Part shown: piece after piece, positions 39,358-48,694 of the stretch
How the letters are laid out: every line of letters begins with the position of its first letter
Numbering within the stretch: the stretch's first letter is position 1
From: an uncultured bacterium
Lineage (GTDB): Bacteria > Bacillota > Clostridia > Lachnospirales > Lachnospiraceae
Assembly: GCA_905214675.1 (NCBI GenBank)
Contig: CAJMMS010000002.1
Span: 9,519-73,518 of the forward strand
Length of the DNA stretch: 64,000 nucleotides
Reading direction: 5' to 3'
Made by a program: the position numbers and the translations under genes
The notes under the pieces: generated by a model
Told to the model about the DNA's origin: nothing
The model's database searches: none
Seen by the model: only the letters and a program-made list of their open reading frames with translations

Positions 39358-40440
39358 ATGAAACATACATTTACCAGAAAAGACAGTCAGACTATGAAAG
39401 GAATTGGAATCCTTCTGATGCTTTTGCATCATCTGTTTTACAGTGCAGATTCGTCGCATGGACTTCCGGTATCCTTTTTGTTCCTGTCGCAGAAGCAGGT
39501 GATCGCAGCCGCGCGTTTCTGCAAGATCTGTGTACCCGTTTTTGTATTCGTAACAGCATATGGAATGGCGATCAAATACCGGACCTGCGGACAGGGAAGG
39601 GAGTCATGGGTAAGACTGACGCTGCGGCGTTATCGTCTGCTGATGGCACCATTCCTGTTTGTTTATGTACTGGCATTTGCATTCTGCCAGATTGGCGGGA
39701 TGCGCAGTTATACACAGGTATATGGGAAAGGTATAAGAAGTGTCTGCTATATGCTGGCAGATATGCTGGGACTGACGTATTTTACCGGGACACCGACGAT
39801 GAATCCGACCTGGTGGTATATGTCGGTGGCCGTTTTGCTACTGTTTATTCTGCCGTTTCTGTGGATGGCAGTACAGAAGCTGGATCTGTTTGCAGTTTTG
39901 ATTCTGGCGGGCATTCTTTTCCTTACAGGAGGGGATGTGCGGAATAATCAGGCATGTCTCTGTATTTTGACGGCTTCGCTTGGAGTGTGGATGGAAAAAA
40001 GAGCGGTTTTTGGAACATGGACAGAATTCTGCAAAAGAGACGAAACCAAATCTTACATAAAACAAAGCATGGGAGCGTTTATCTGTCTTATGTTTCTGCT
40101 TTTGCTTTTTTTACTGAAACTACGAAAAGGAAATGCTGCATGGCTCCTGATTTATCCGGGAAGTGCGGCAGCCGTTGCAGGTCTGGTGTGCTGTTTTCGC
40201 ATGGATGGCAAAATACAGAAAATCCTGTGCTTTTTTGGGAAATATTCGATGTACATGTTTCTGACACACACCTTTTTGAAGTCTTATTATCTGCATGATA
40301 TTATCTATGGGATCGGGCAGGCAGAGAGCATGTATCTGCTGCTGGTACTGCTTTCGGCTGCACTTGCAGTGCTGCTTTCTTTTTTGTATGAGAAAACAAA
40401 GACTGCCTGCTGCAGGCTGTTTCGGAAACAAAAAGTATGA
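39358..40440 (+). CDS. Acyltransferase family 3 (OafA-like membrane O-acyltransferase)
   Basis: KGIGILLMLLHH, VPVFVFVTAYG, WWYM, GKYSMYMFLTH; about 10 TM helices. Confidence 0.85.
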   Translation: MKHTFTRKDSQTMKGIGILLMLLHHLFYSADSSHGLPVSFLFLSQKQVIAAARFCKICVPVFVFVTAYGMAIKYRTCGQGRESWVRLTLRRYRLLMAPFLFVYVLAFAFCQIGGMRSYTQVYGKGIRSVCYMLADMLGLTYFTGTPTMNPTWWYMSVAVLLLFILPFLWMAVQKLDLFAVLILAGILFLTGGDVRNNQACLCILTASLGVWMEKRAVFGTWTEFCKRDETKSYIKQSMGAFICLMFLLLLFLLKLRKGNAAWLLIYPGSAAAVAGLVCCFRMDGKIQKILCFFGKYSMYMFLTHTFLKSYYLHDIIYGIGQAESMYLLLVLLSAALAVLLSFLYEKTKTACCRLFRKQKV

Positions 40441-40447
40441 TATTATC

Positions 40448-40525
40448 ATGATGCCAGGGAGGATTGTGGGAGTGCAACGCACGGAACAATCCGTAGGCAT
40501 CATAGTTGGGGACTTTTGACACCCA
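40448..40525. repeat. Nested-hairpin intergenic repeat (ATGATGCC...GGCATCAT family)
   Basis: ATGATGCC/GGCATCAT, GGATTGT/ACAATCC and GTGC/GCAC stems; homologous to 37721-37884. Confidence 0.65.
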
Positions 40526-40585
40526 CATCATTATCATAAAAAGAAAACGGATGCGGCAGATGCCGCAGAGATTAGGAGGCATAAG

Positions 40586-41629
40586 ATGGTCATTTCGGTC
40601 TGTATTCCCTGCTATCGTTCGGCAAAAACACTGCCGCGGGTGGTGGAAGCGATCAAAGAAGAATTTAAAAAACATCCGGGGTATGCCTATCAGATTATTC
40701 TGGTAAACGATGGATCGCCGGACAATACATTTGAAGTTATCACACAGCTCTGCCGGGAAGATGAGAACATCATTGGCATGAATCTTTCCAGAAACCATGG
40801 ACAGGCATCTGCCAAGATTGCTGCCCTGCGGTATGCGACGGGGGATGCACTGGTCTATATGGATGATGACGGACAGCATCCGGCAGATGGGATTTTTAAA
40901 CTGGTGGCAAAAGTAGAAGAAGGATACGATGTGGTCTATGCACACTTTCCGAAAAAGAAAACAACGTTCTTTAAGAAGCTGACCAGTGATCTACATAATA
41001 AGATCGCAGAATGGACAGGAAACAAGCCAAAAGGCATCCACCGCTCATCTTTTGTGGCATGGAGCCGTTTTGCACTGGAATGTGTGAAAAATTACCACAG
41101 TCCGTTTCCGTCAGCAGGAGCTTATCTGCTCTGTGTGACAGACAAATTTGCCAATGTGGGGATTGAACACAAAAAGAGGCTGGAAGGAAGTTCCGGTTAT
41201 ACGCTTCGCAAACTGGTCAGCCTGTGGATGAATTCTTTTACCAATTTTTCGATTGCGCCGCTGCGCATGGCATCGTTTGCCGGAGTGAGCTGTGCCGGAC
41301 TGGGATTTCTGTTCGGCATCTACATTATCATAAGAAAACTTCTGCATCCGCGCGTGCCGGCAGGTTATACCTCGACGATTGCGATCATGCTCTTTATTGG
41401 CGGTATGATCATGATGATGCTCGGACTTCTGGGGGAGTATATCGGCAGAATGTATATGATCCTCAGCAACAAACCGCAGTACAGTGTACAGAAAGCACTG
41501 AATGTGCCGGCAGCGGCGGCAGATGCGCTGGAACGGAAAGACCAGTTGGTCTATGAAACACTGGAAGTGAAAAAGGGTGCATTAAAAGAAGCGGTGCAGA
41601 TGACAAAGACGGAGAAAGAGGATAAATGA
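40586..41629 (+). CDS. GT2 polyprenyl-phosphate glycosyltransferase (GtrB/CsbB/ArnC-like)
   Basis: ISVCIPCY, VNDGSPD, LSRNHGQ, MDDDGQH, two C-terminal TM helices, GEYIGR. Confidence 0.9.
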   Translation: MVISVCIPCYRSAKTLPRVVEAIKEEFKKHPGYAYQIILVNDGSPDNTFEVITQLCREDENIIGMNLSRNHGQASAKIAALRYATGDALVYMDDDGQHPADGIFKLVAKVEEGYDVVYAHFPKKKTTFFKKLTSDLHNKIAEWTGNKPKGIHRSSFVAWSRFALECVKNYHSPFPSAGAYLLCVTDKFANVGIEHKKRLEGSSGYTLRKLVSLWMNSFTNFSIAPLRMASFAGVSCAGLGFLFGIYIIIRKLLHPRVPAGYTSTIAIMLFIGGMIMMMLGLLGEYIGRMYMILSNKPQYSVQKALNVPAAAADALERKDQLVYETLEVKKGALKEAVQMTKTEKEDK

Positions 41630-42843
41630 AGATTTTAGATATGATAAAACAGAAAAAGAAATTTATTTCAGATCTGGTCTATACCATGGGAGCATCGGTG
41701 CTGATGAATGGTGTGCTGCAGCTTCTGATCTATCCTTATATCAACCGCAGCATGGGTGAAGAGTATCTTGGCAATGTTGTGTTTTATATGAGCATTGTAT
41801 ACATCATCGGACAGGCGATGGGAATGTCGTTTTGCAGCAATCGTCTGGTACTGCGCAACCAGTGTGAGACTTCCAATGGAGATTATAACAGGCTTCTTTC
41901 TGTTCTTGCACCGGCAGGGGCGGTGGCAGGAGCGGTTATTTTTTCTTTCTATGTAAAAAGTATTCCGCAGATCGTGGCATTTGGGATGATCGTGCTTTTT
42001 ACCGTCCTGCGTTATTATGCTAATGTGGAATACCGTCTGAAGCTAAATTATAAGAAATATTTCCTGTATTTTGTGATCCTGACGGCGGGCTATGGACTGG
42101 GAACTGTGATATATGCGCTGACAGGACAGTGGGTGTTCATTTTCCTGACAGGTGAAGTGATCGCAACGCTTTATATGTTTGTGTTTGGCACGATCTTTAA
42201 AAAAGAGCCGCCGACAAAAAATACCAGGCTGGTTGCAAAACAGATTTTGTTTCTTCTGATGTCCTATCTGGTATTTGAGGGCATCACAAATGCAGACCGG
42301 ATGATCCTCAAAAATATGCTGGATGCAAAAGCAGTGGCACTTTTTTATGTAGTTTCCATGATCGGCAAAACCCTGCAGCTTTTTGTGGGACCGATCAACA
42401 ATATTGCCCTCAGCTATATGTCTGCGGACAAAAAGAAAATGACAAGAGAAGATTTCCTGAAAACGACAGTTCTTTATACGGCAGTTGGAGCTGCTTTTTA
42501 TCTGTTCTGTCTGGTGGGAACACCGCTCTATGTGAAATTGTTTTATCCGAATCTGTACGGGGAACTCAAAGGACTAAACCTGGTAGTCAATGCCGGACAG
42601 GTGATTAATTTTGCAGCGTCACTGATCCTGCCGTCAATCCTGGCATCGCTTGGATCCAAGTACCATATGATGCTTCAGGTTCTGTATGCAGTCGTATATC
42701 TGCCGCTGGCAGTCTTATGCACCATGCAGGGCGGTATCTGGGGATTTGCAGTAGCTACGTTACTTGCAAACAGTTTCAGGCTGATCGAACTCGTCGTATT
42801 TGGCATGCGTAAACTGCCAAAAGCAGCAGAAACAGGGAGGTAG
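41626..42843 (+). CDS. Wzx-type (MOP superfamily) flippase-like membrane protein
   Basis: About 12 TM helices, NADRMIL...AVALFYV motif, ATGA overlap with the GT2 gene. Confidence 0.7.
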   Translation: MKILDMIKQKKKFISDLVYTMGASVLMNGVLQLLIYPYINRSMGEEYLGNVVFYMSIVYIIGQAMGMSFCSNRLVLRNQCETSNGDYNRLLSVLAPAGAVAGAVIFSFYVKSIPQIVAFGMIVLFTVLRYYANVEYRLKLNYKKYFLYFVILTAGYGLGTVIYALTGQWVFIFLTGEVIATLYMFVFGTIFKKEPPTKNTRLVAKQILFLLMSYLVFEGITNADRMILKNMLDAKAVALFYVVSMIGKTLQLFVGPINNIALSYMSADKKKMTREDFLKTTVLYTAVGAAFYLFCLVGTPLYVKLFYPNLYGELKGLNLVVNAGQVINFAASLILPSILASLGSKYHMMLQVLYAVVYLPLAVLCTMQGGIWGFAVATLLANSFRLIELVVFGMRKLPKAAETGR

Positions 42844-42849
42844 TACAAG

Positions 42850-43806
42850 ATGGATATCAAAGACAGTATTTCTTATTTTATAAAGCAGAACCATAAACAG
42901 TGCAGCGGTGTACGCCGGATTTTAAACGTACCGGACTACCTGTTCTGTGCCGCAGCCTTTAAATGCGGCTGCCGTGATTATTTCTGCGGAACCTTTTATG
43001 AAAAGACATTTGCACAGCGGAAAAGATATATTACCCAGTTCCGCAAAGATGCACTGGCAAAAAAATACAATGACAAAGAACTGGCAGCGCGCATTGACAA
43101 CAAAGCAAGCTTTGATGCGATGTTCAGCGAATATCTGCACCGGGACTGGCTGGATGTGGAGGGCAGTACAAAAGAAGAATTTGAAGCATTTCTAAACAGA
43201 CACAATGAGTTTTTTGTCAAAGCAGTCAATACAAGCGGAGGCAATCAGATCTGGAAATGCAATATGGCAAAAGAAAAACGCAGCTTAAAGCAGCTCCGCG
43301 CCAGCATGAAAGGCTGTATCCTGGAGGAGCCGATCATCCAGCATCCGGCTATGAGCAGTCTGCATGCCGGTACCGTCAACACCATACGTGTCAATACCGT
43401 ATGGTCGGGCGGAAAACCGCATGTTTTTGCAGCGGTACTTCGGATTGGCTCGAAGGGCTGTGTCGATAATTTCCATGCCGGCGGCGGCATGGGGGCAGAA
43501 GCAGACTTAAAGACAGGTGTTGTCTTTACGACGGCGATCAATATGGAAAATGAGCGCTTTATCTTCCATCCGGTGACGGGTACACAGATCGTGGGATTTC
43601 AGATCCCGAACTGGGACAAGGTGCTTGAGATGGTAAAAGAGATGGCGGCAAGAGTACCGCAGGTGCGCACGATCGGATGGGATGTGGCGGTGACGCAGGA
43701 TGGATGCTGCGCAGTGGAAGGAAACAGCCGCTGTGATTTCCTGATCTGTCAGATGCCGCAGAACATCGGCAGATACGAAGAGCTGAAAGGCCTTTTGGAA
43801 AGGTGA
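42850..43806 (+). CDS. Sugar-transfer-associated ATP-grasp protein
   Basis: DNKASF, FVKAV..SGG, LEEPIIQHP, VNTIRV, DNFHAG, HPVTG, GWDVAVT, VEGN. Confidence 0.8.
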   Translation: MDIKDSISYFIKQNHKQCSGVRRILNVPDYLFCAAAFKCGCRDYFCGTFYEKTFAQRKRYITQFRKDALAKKYNDKELAARIDNKASFDAMFSEYLHRDWLDVEGSTKEEFEAFLNRHNEFFVKAVNTSGGNQIWKCNMAKEKRSLKQLRASMKGCILEEPIIQHPAMSSLHAGTVNTIRVNTVWSGGKPHVFAAVLRIGSKGCVDNFHAGGGMGAEADLKTGVVFTTAINMENERFIFHPVTGTQIVGFQIPNWDKVLEMVKEMAARVPQVRTIGWDVAVTQDGCCAVEGNSRCDFLICQMPQNIGRYEELKGLLER

Positions 43807-43812
43807 CAGAAT

Positions 43813-44790
43813 ATGCCGGCTATAGTGATGACCAATTATTATAAAGAAGAACCATACCGTCTGGTGCAAAGCGTTGTTCCGGATGGATTTACCCTCCATA
43901 TGCCGGAAGATGCCAAAAGGGAAAGTCTGCTGCGTCTGCTTGAAAAAGTGGATGCAGAGTATATTCTGGCAGGCGGACGGGCAAAAATAAATGAAGAAAT
44001 ACTTTCTTATACACCGCATCTGAAGATGATCCAGCGCACCGGTGTCGGGATGGACTGCATGGATGCACAGGCACTGACAGCACGCAAGATACCGGTATAC
44101 GTCAATGCCGGGGTGAACGCAGTCAGCGTGGCAGAGCATACCGTTCTGCTGCTGCTTTCCGTCCTGCGGCGGATGACTGAGATCGATGCACAGATGCACG
44201 AAGGCATCTGGAAAAAGCAGGAAAATGGGATCAGAAACCATGAACTCTTTGGAAAAACGGTTGGTTTTGTGGGGATGGGGCATATCGGTGAAAAAACGGT
44301 GCAGATGCTGTCGGGATTTGGCGTGCGTTTCCTGTACGATGCCCCACATCAGAAACCAGAACTGGAAAAATGCTATGGATTAACGAGGGTTTCTTATGAG
44401 GAACTTCTGAAAAATTCCGATATCGTGATTTTTCTCTGTGCGCTGAATGACCAGACAAGAGGCATGCTCGGAGCAGAACAGATCGCAAAAATGAAAACAG
44501 GAAGCGTGGTCATCAATACGGCGAGAGGAGCACTGATCGAGGAGAAAGCACTTTTGGAGGCACTGAAAAGCGGAAAACTTTCAGGGGCAGGGCTGGATGT
44601 ATTTGAAAAAGAACCGCCCGATGCGGATAATGCTTTCTTTCAGATGAAAAATGTGGTATTATCGCCTCATATAGGTGGCGTGACGCAGGAGAGCTTTCAG
44701 AGGATGATGCGAACTGCGATGCACAATATGGTTCTGTATGAACAGGGCAGAACAAACGAACTGGAGGACAGATTATGGAAAACAGTATGA
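43813..44790 (+). CDS. D-2-hydroxyacid dehydrogenase (phosphoglycerate dehydrogenase-like)
   Basis: RTGVGMD, NAVSVAEH, GMGHIG, INTARG, LDVFEKEP, SPHIGG. Confidence 0.9.
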   Translation: MPAIVMTNYYKEEPYRLVQSVVPDGFTLHMPEDAKRESLLRLLEKVDAEYILAGGRAKINEEILSYTPHLKMIQRTGVGMDCMDAQALTARKIPVYVNAGVNAVSVAEHTVLLLLSVLRRMTEIDAQMHEGIWKKQENGIRNHELFGKTVGFVGMGHIGEKTVQMLSGFGVRFLYDAPHQKPELEKCYGLTRVSYEELLKNSDIVIFLCALNDQTRGMLGAEQIAKMKTGSVVINTARGALIEEKALLEALKSGKLSGAGLDVFEKEPPDADNAFFQMKNVVLSPHIGGVTQESFQRMMRTAMHNMVLYEQGRTNELEDRLWKTV

Positions 44791-45680
44791 CAAAGACAAG
44801 AGCATTCCTGAAAGGTCTGGGACTGCCGGAAGGAGATCTGTACAGCCTGCCGGATTCAGAAAAACGCTTTCCGGACGGAGCACAGTACCGGTTTGAGGTG
44901 CCGGGGATCCAGGGACCAAAGGCGATGCGGGCACTTCTGGAAGAACTGGATAAAAATAACTTTTATATACATCGTGTGACACAGACAAAAGGAATTTACA
45001 CACTGACAGATAAAGAGATCACAGAGATGGTAGATCTGGCAGCAAAGTATCAGGTACAGCTTGTACTGTCGATCGGTCCGCGCGCGACGACGGATACGAG
45101 TGCATCGGTGCATACACCGGAGGGACAGCGGATGGGATACCGCCTGCGCGGACAGGAACAGATCGTACGTGCGATAGAAGAAGTGAAGCGTGCATCTGCA
45201 CTTGGCTGCCGCCATTTTATCATGTACGATGAAGGTTGCCTGTGGGTACTGAATGAGGCACGCAGGGCCGGTGAGATTCCGGCGGACTGCAAGTTTAAAC
45301 TGTCTGCACATGCCGGACACGGCAATCCATGTTCTGCAAAACTGATCGAGCAGATCGGGGCAGATTCGATCAATCCGGTACGCGACATCCAGCTTCAGAT
45401 GCTGGCAGCCATGCGTCGGGCGATCGATATCCCGATCGACATTCATACGGAGAATCCGGCATCTTCCGGAGGATTTATCCGGCATTATGAAGTACCGGAG
45501 ATGATCCGTACGTCAGCACCGCTTTACCTGAAGACAGGAGGCTCCGTGGCAAAGACACACAGCTGGGATACGACAGAGGCGGATGCCAGAGCCAGAGCCA
45601 AACAGGTCCTGCTGGTAAAAAGAGTGATCGATACCTATTACCCGGAGGCTGTATACTCACCGAAGGGATCTATTGCATAA
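44775..45680 (+). CDS. U32 'peptidase'-like TIM-barrel protein of unknown function
   Basis: U32-like segments MYDEG.L, LSAHAGHGN..SAKLIEQIGADSINPVRD, IDIH; no CX6CX15CX3C-type cluster motif. Confidence 0.55.
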   Translation: MENSMTKTRAFLKGLGLPEGDLYSLPDSEKRFPDGAQYRFEVPGIQGPKAMRALLEELDKNNFYIHRVTQTKGIYTLTDKEITEMVDLAAKYQVQLVLSIGPRATTDTSASVHTPEGQRMGYRLRGQEQIVRAIEEVKRASALGCRHFIMYDEGCLWVLNEARRAGEIPADCKFKLSAHAGHGNPCSAKLIEQIGADSINPVRDIQLQMLAAMRRAIDIPIDIHTENPASSGGFIRHYEVPEMIRTSAPLYLKTGGSVAKTHSWDTTEADARARAKQVLLVKRVIDTYYPEAVYSPKGSIA

Positions 45681-45695
45681 ATTGGGAGGAGACTT

Positions 45696-46949
45696 ATGAA
45701 CGAAAAGCCGGTGGCAATCGTGCTTGGCGGTATTGTACCGCACAAAAATCTTTTGGAAAAACTGAAAAAAAGAGGTTACTATACGATCCTGATCGATTAT
45801 TTTGAAAACCCTCCGGCGGCAGCGGCCGCAGACCTGCATTTGCGGGAAAGTGCCATGGATAAGGAAGCTGTCTTGCGTGCGGCGAAAAAATACCATGCAG
45901 CCCTGGTACTGTGTACCTGTCTGGACCAGCAGATCAAGATCGCCTGTGAAGTGGCAGAAGAACTGAACCTGCCGCATCCTTACAGTTCAAAGAAAGCGAT
46001 CGAAGTGACAAACAAAGAAAAAATGAAACAGATCATGTGGAAAAACGGGATTCCGACCTCGCGCTATTTTTCCGTACATGATGTATCAGAGGTACACGAG
46101 ATTGGGCTGCAGTTTCCGATTATGGTAAAACCGGCAGACAGCTGCGGTTCAGCCGGTATCAAGAAAGTGGAAAATCAGGAAGAAGTGCGCAGTGCGGTGG
46201 AAAATGCCCTGAAATGGAGTGCCACACGCAGTGCGGTCATCGAAGAGTTTGTAGAGGGAACGGAAGTAAGCGTCTATACCTTTATCGAAGATCACAAAGC
46301 ACATGTTCTTCTGACATCCCAGCGTTTCAGTGAACTGGGGAAAGATGGAACGTGTATCAAATGTTATGCCAGCATTGCCCCGGCAGCAGTATCAGACGAA
46401 TTACTTTCTGATATGGAAAAGCTTGGCACGCAGATCGCAGAAGTGTTTGGACTGGATCACACAGCGATGTTCTATCAGTGTATGGTAAAAGATAAAAAGA
46501 TCAAAGTCATTGAGTTTGCACCGCGCATCAGCGGCGGTATCTGCTTCCGCACGATCGAGGAAAATACCGGTTTTGATATTATCAGTGCAGCGATCGATTC
46601 CTGGCTTGGCAATCCGGTAGATATGACTTATCACAGACCGGAGGTATATAATATGACACAGCAGATCCATGCCAGACCATGTGTGTTTGACCATATCGAA
46701 GGTGCAGAAGCGTTAAAGGAGCAGGGAATTCTGGATACGCTGTTCCTTCACAAGACAAAAGGTGCACAGATGTCGGATGACAAGGCAAGCAGTGCAAGAG
46801 TGGCAGCAGCACTGATCCGCACAGAAAAGCGCAGCGAACTGCCGCATCTGGCAAAAATGGTGGTTGACGGACTGACCGTATTTGACGAAAACGGAGTCGA
46901 TGTCAGCGACCGGACATTATATTTACGGGAGAAGGATTTACAGTCATGA
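45696..46949 (+). CDS. ATP-grasp domain ligase (carboxylate-amine ligase-like)
   Basis: NKEKMK, PIMVKPADSCGSAG, IEEFVEG.E, IEFAPRISG. Confidence 0.85.
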   Translation: MNEKPVAIVLGGIVPHKNLLEKLKKRGYYTILIDYFENPPAAAAADLHLRESAMDKEAVLRAAKKYHAALVLCTCLDQQIKIACEVAEELNLPHPYSSKKAIEVTNKEKMKQIMWKNGIPTSRYFSVHDVSEVHEIGLQFPIMVKPADSCGSAGIKKVENQEEVRSAVENALKWSATRSAVIEEFVEGTEVSVYTFIEDHKAHVLLTSQRFSELGKDGTCIKCYASIAPAAVSDELLSDMEKLGTQIAEVFGLDHTAMFYQCMVKDKKIKVIEFAPRISGGICFRTIEENTGFDIISAAIDSWLGNPVDMTYHRPEVYNMTQQIHARPCVFDHIEGAEALKEQGILDTLFLHKTKGAQMSDDKASSARVAAALIRTEKRSELPHLAKMVVDGLTVFDENGVDVSDRTLYLREKDLQS

Positions 46950-48145
46950 GACAGAATCAATACAATCTGGATTTTAAATTTATAGAAGAACCGATCGAAT
47001 TTGACCGCCATACGGACAGAGAGCAGCTCGCCTACTGCCTGGGAGCAACCTTATATATGCCGGCACTGCGTGATTTTTCACAGATCGTGCTGCAGAAAAA
47101 GGTGGAAGGGCTCTGTTCGATGGTTGTCTGCTTTGAAGATGCAGTGGATGAAAAAGTACTTCCGCAGGTAGAAGAAAATGCGGCAAAATATCTGGAGGTT
47201 CTGGCAAATGCAAAACGCACAGGGCAGGTAAGTGAGAATGAACTTCCGCTGATGTTTTTCCGTGTGCGTTCGGTAGAACAGTTTCATTCCATCACGTCCA
47301 AACTGGATCAGGAGCTGCTTTCGGTACTGACCGGATTTGTATTTCCGAAGTTCTGTATTGATAACGCAGAGGGCTATTTTTCCCATCTGCGCGAACTGAA
47401 TGACAGATACGGACTGAATCTGTATGCGATGCCGATCATCGAGGGCAGGGAAGTGGCATTTAAGGAGACGCGCCTTGCGAGCCTTTTGCAGATCAAACAG
47501 TTCCTGGATGCAAACAAAGAACTGGTACTGAATGTGCGTGTGGGCGGCACCGATTTTTCATCAGCATTTGGAGTCCGAAGAGGTGTGGACTACAGTATTT
47601 ATGATATTATGACAGTCAGTGAATGTCTTTGTGATATCCTCAATGTATTCGGAAGGGATAATGAGTATGTGGTTTCCGGACCGGTATGGGAATATTTCCT
47701 GGCAAATAAAGATATGAAATTCAAACCAAATCTGGATTTCAGCCTGCAAAGTTCGCTGCTGAGAAGAAAACGCCTGGTCAACGAAGCCATCGACGGACTG
47801 CTGCGTGAGGTTATCATCGACCGTGCAAATGGTTTTGTCGGCAAGACGGTCATCCATCCGACACATGTAAAATACGTTAATGCCATGCAGGCGGTGACGG
47901 AAGAAGAATATAAAGATGCCATGCAGATCCTGATGGCTTCCGGTGGTGTCCTGAAAAGTCCGAAAGGCAATAAGATGAACGAGATCAAACCGCACAGAAG
48001 CTGGGCAAGAAAGATTTACTACAAGGCAAAAGCGTATGGTGTCATCAAGGATGAGACAGAATATATGGGCATGGTGGCAAAAGGAGATTTTACAGTAAAA
48101 CAGACAAAAGAAGCAGCCGGAGGAAATACAGATGAAGAAAATTAA
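46946..48145 (+). CDS. HpcH/HpaI aldolase / citrate-lyase-beta family C-C bond lyase (Ter-cluster-associated subtype)
   Basis: LGATLYMPA, CFEDAV, FVFPKF, MPIIE, RVGGTDF, SGPVWEYF, GKTVIHP, NKMNE.KPH. Confidence 0.8.
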   Translation: MRQNQYNLDFKFIEEPIEFDRHTDREQLAYCLGATLYMPALRDFSQIVLQKKVEGLCSMVVCFEDAVDEKVLPQVEENAAKYLEVLANAKRTGQVSENELPLMFFRVRSVEQFHSITSKLDQELLSVLTGFVFPKFCIDNAEGYFSHLRELNDRYGLNLYAMPIIEGREVAFKETRLASLLQIKQFLDANKELVLNVRVGGTDFSSAFGVRRGVDYSIYDIMTVSECLCDILNVFGRDNEYVVSGPVWEYFLANKDMKFKPNLDFSLQSSLLRRKRLVNEAIDGLLREVIIDRANGFVGKTVIHPTHVKYVNAMQAVTEEEYKDAMQILMASGGVLKSPKGNKMNEIKPHRSWARKIYYKAKAYGVIKDETEYMGMVAKGDFTVKQTKEAAGGNTDEEN

Positions 48146-48638
48146 GGTTCCGGCAGCGCAGGAAGTGATCGATGATCTGAAAGCCGGAGATATGGTAGAA
48201 CTGGATGGGTATATTTTTACAGGCAGAGATGCCGTACTTCCGAAGCTGGCAGAACGGATCCGGAAAGGGACTCTGTCCGCACTGGGGATAGATCTTCAGG
48301 GAAGTGTGATCTTCCATACCGCTGTCAGTCCGGCAGGGATCGGTCCGACCTCCAGCAATAAGCTGGAGATCGAGGGCAATATGGAGATCCTTTCCGGTGC
48401 CGGTGTAAAAATCCATCTGGGAAAAGGAGCATTAAAACCGGAGACGGTAAAGATGCTCAACCAGTGTCATTCCGTATATGCCGTGACCCCTCCGGTGACA
48501 GCACTGTTTCAGAGCTGTGTGGAAAAAGTGGAAGTGGCAGCTTTTGCGGAGGAAGGCATGGAGGCGCTGCATCTGCTGAAGGTGCATAACTTTCCGGCGA
48601 TCATTGCAGCAGCACATGGTGTTTCGATATATGACTGA
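48132..48638 (+). CDS. Class I fumarate hydratase / tartrate dehydratase beta-subunit homolog
   Basis: DLKAGD.V.L.G.IFTGRDA, GPTSS, LGKG, GMEA...V.NFP. Confidence 0.85.
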   Translation: MKKIKVPAAQEVIDDLKAGDMVELDGYIFTGRDAVLPKLAERIRKGTLSALGIDLQGSVIFHTAVSPAGIGPTSSNKLEIEGNMEILSGAGVKIHLGKGALKPETVKMLNQCHSVYAVTPPVTALFQSCVEKVEVAAFAEEGMEALHLLKVHNFPAIIAAAHGVSIYD

Positions 48639-48694
48639 GCATGCAGTACAAGAAAAAGCACTGCAGAACCATTAGAAAGAAAGATGGAAAAAAT

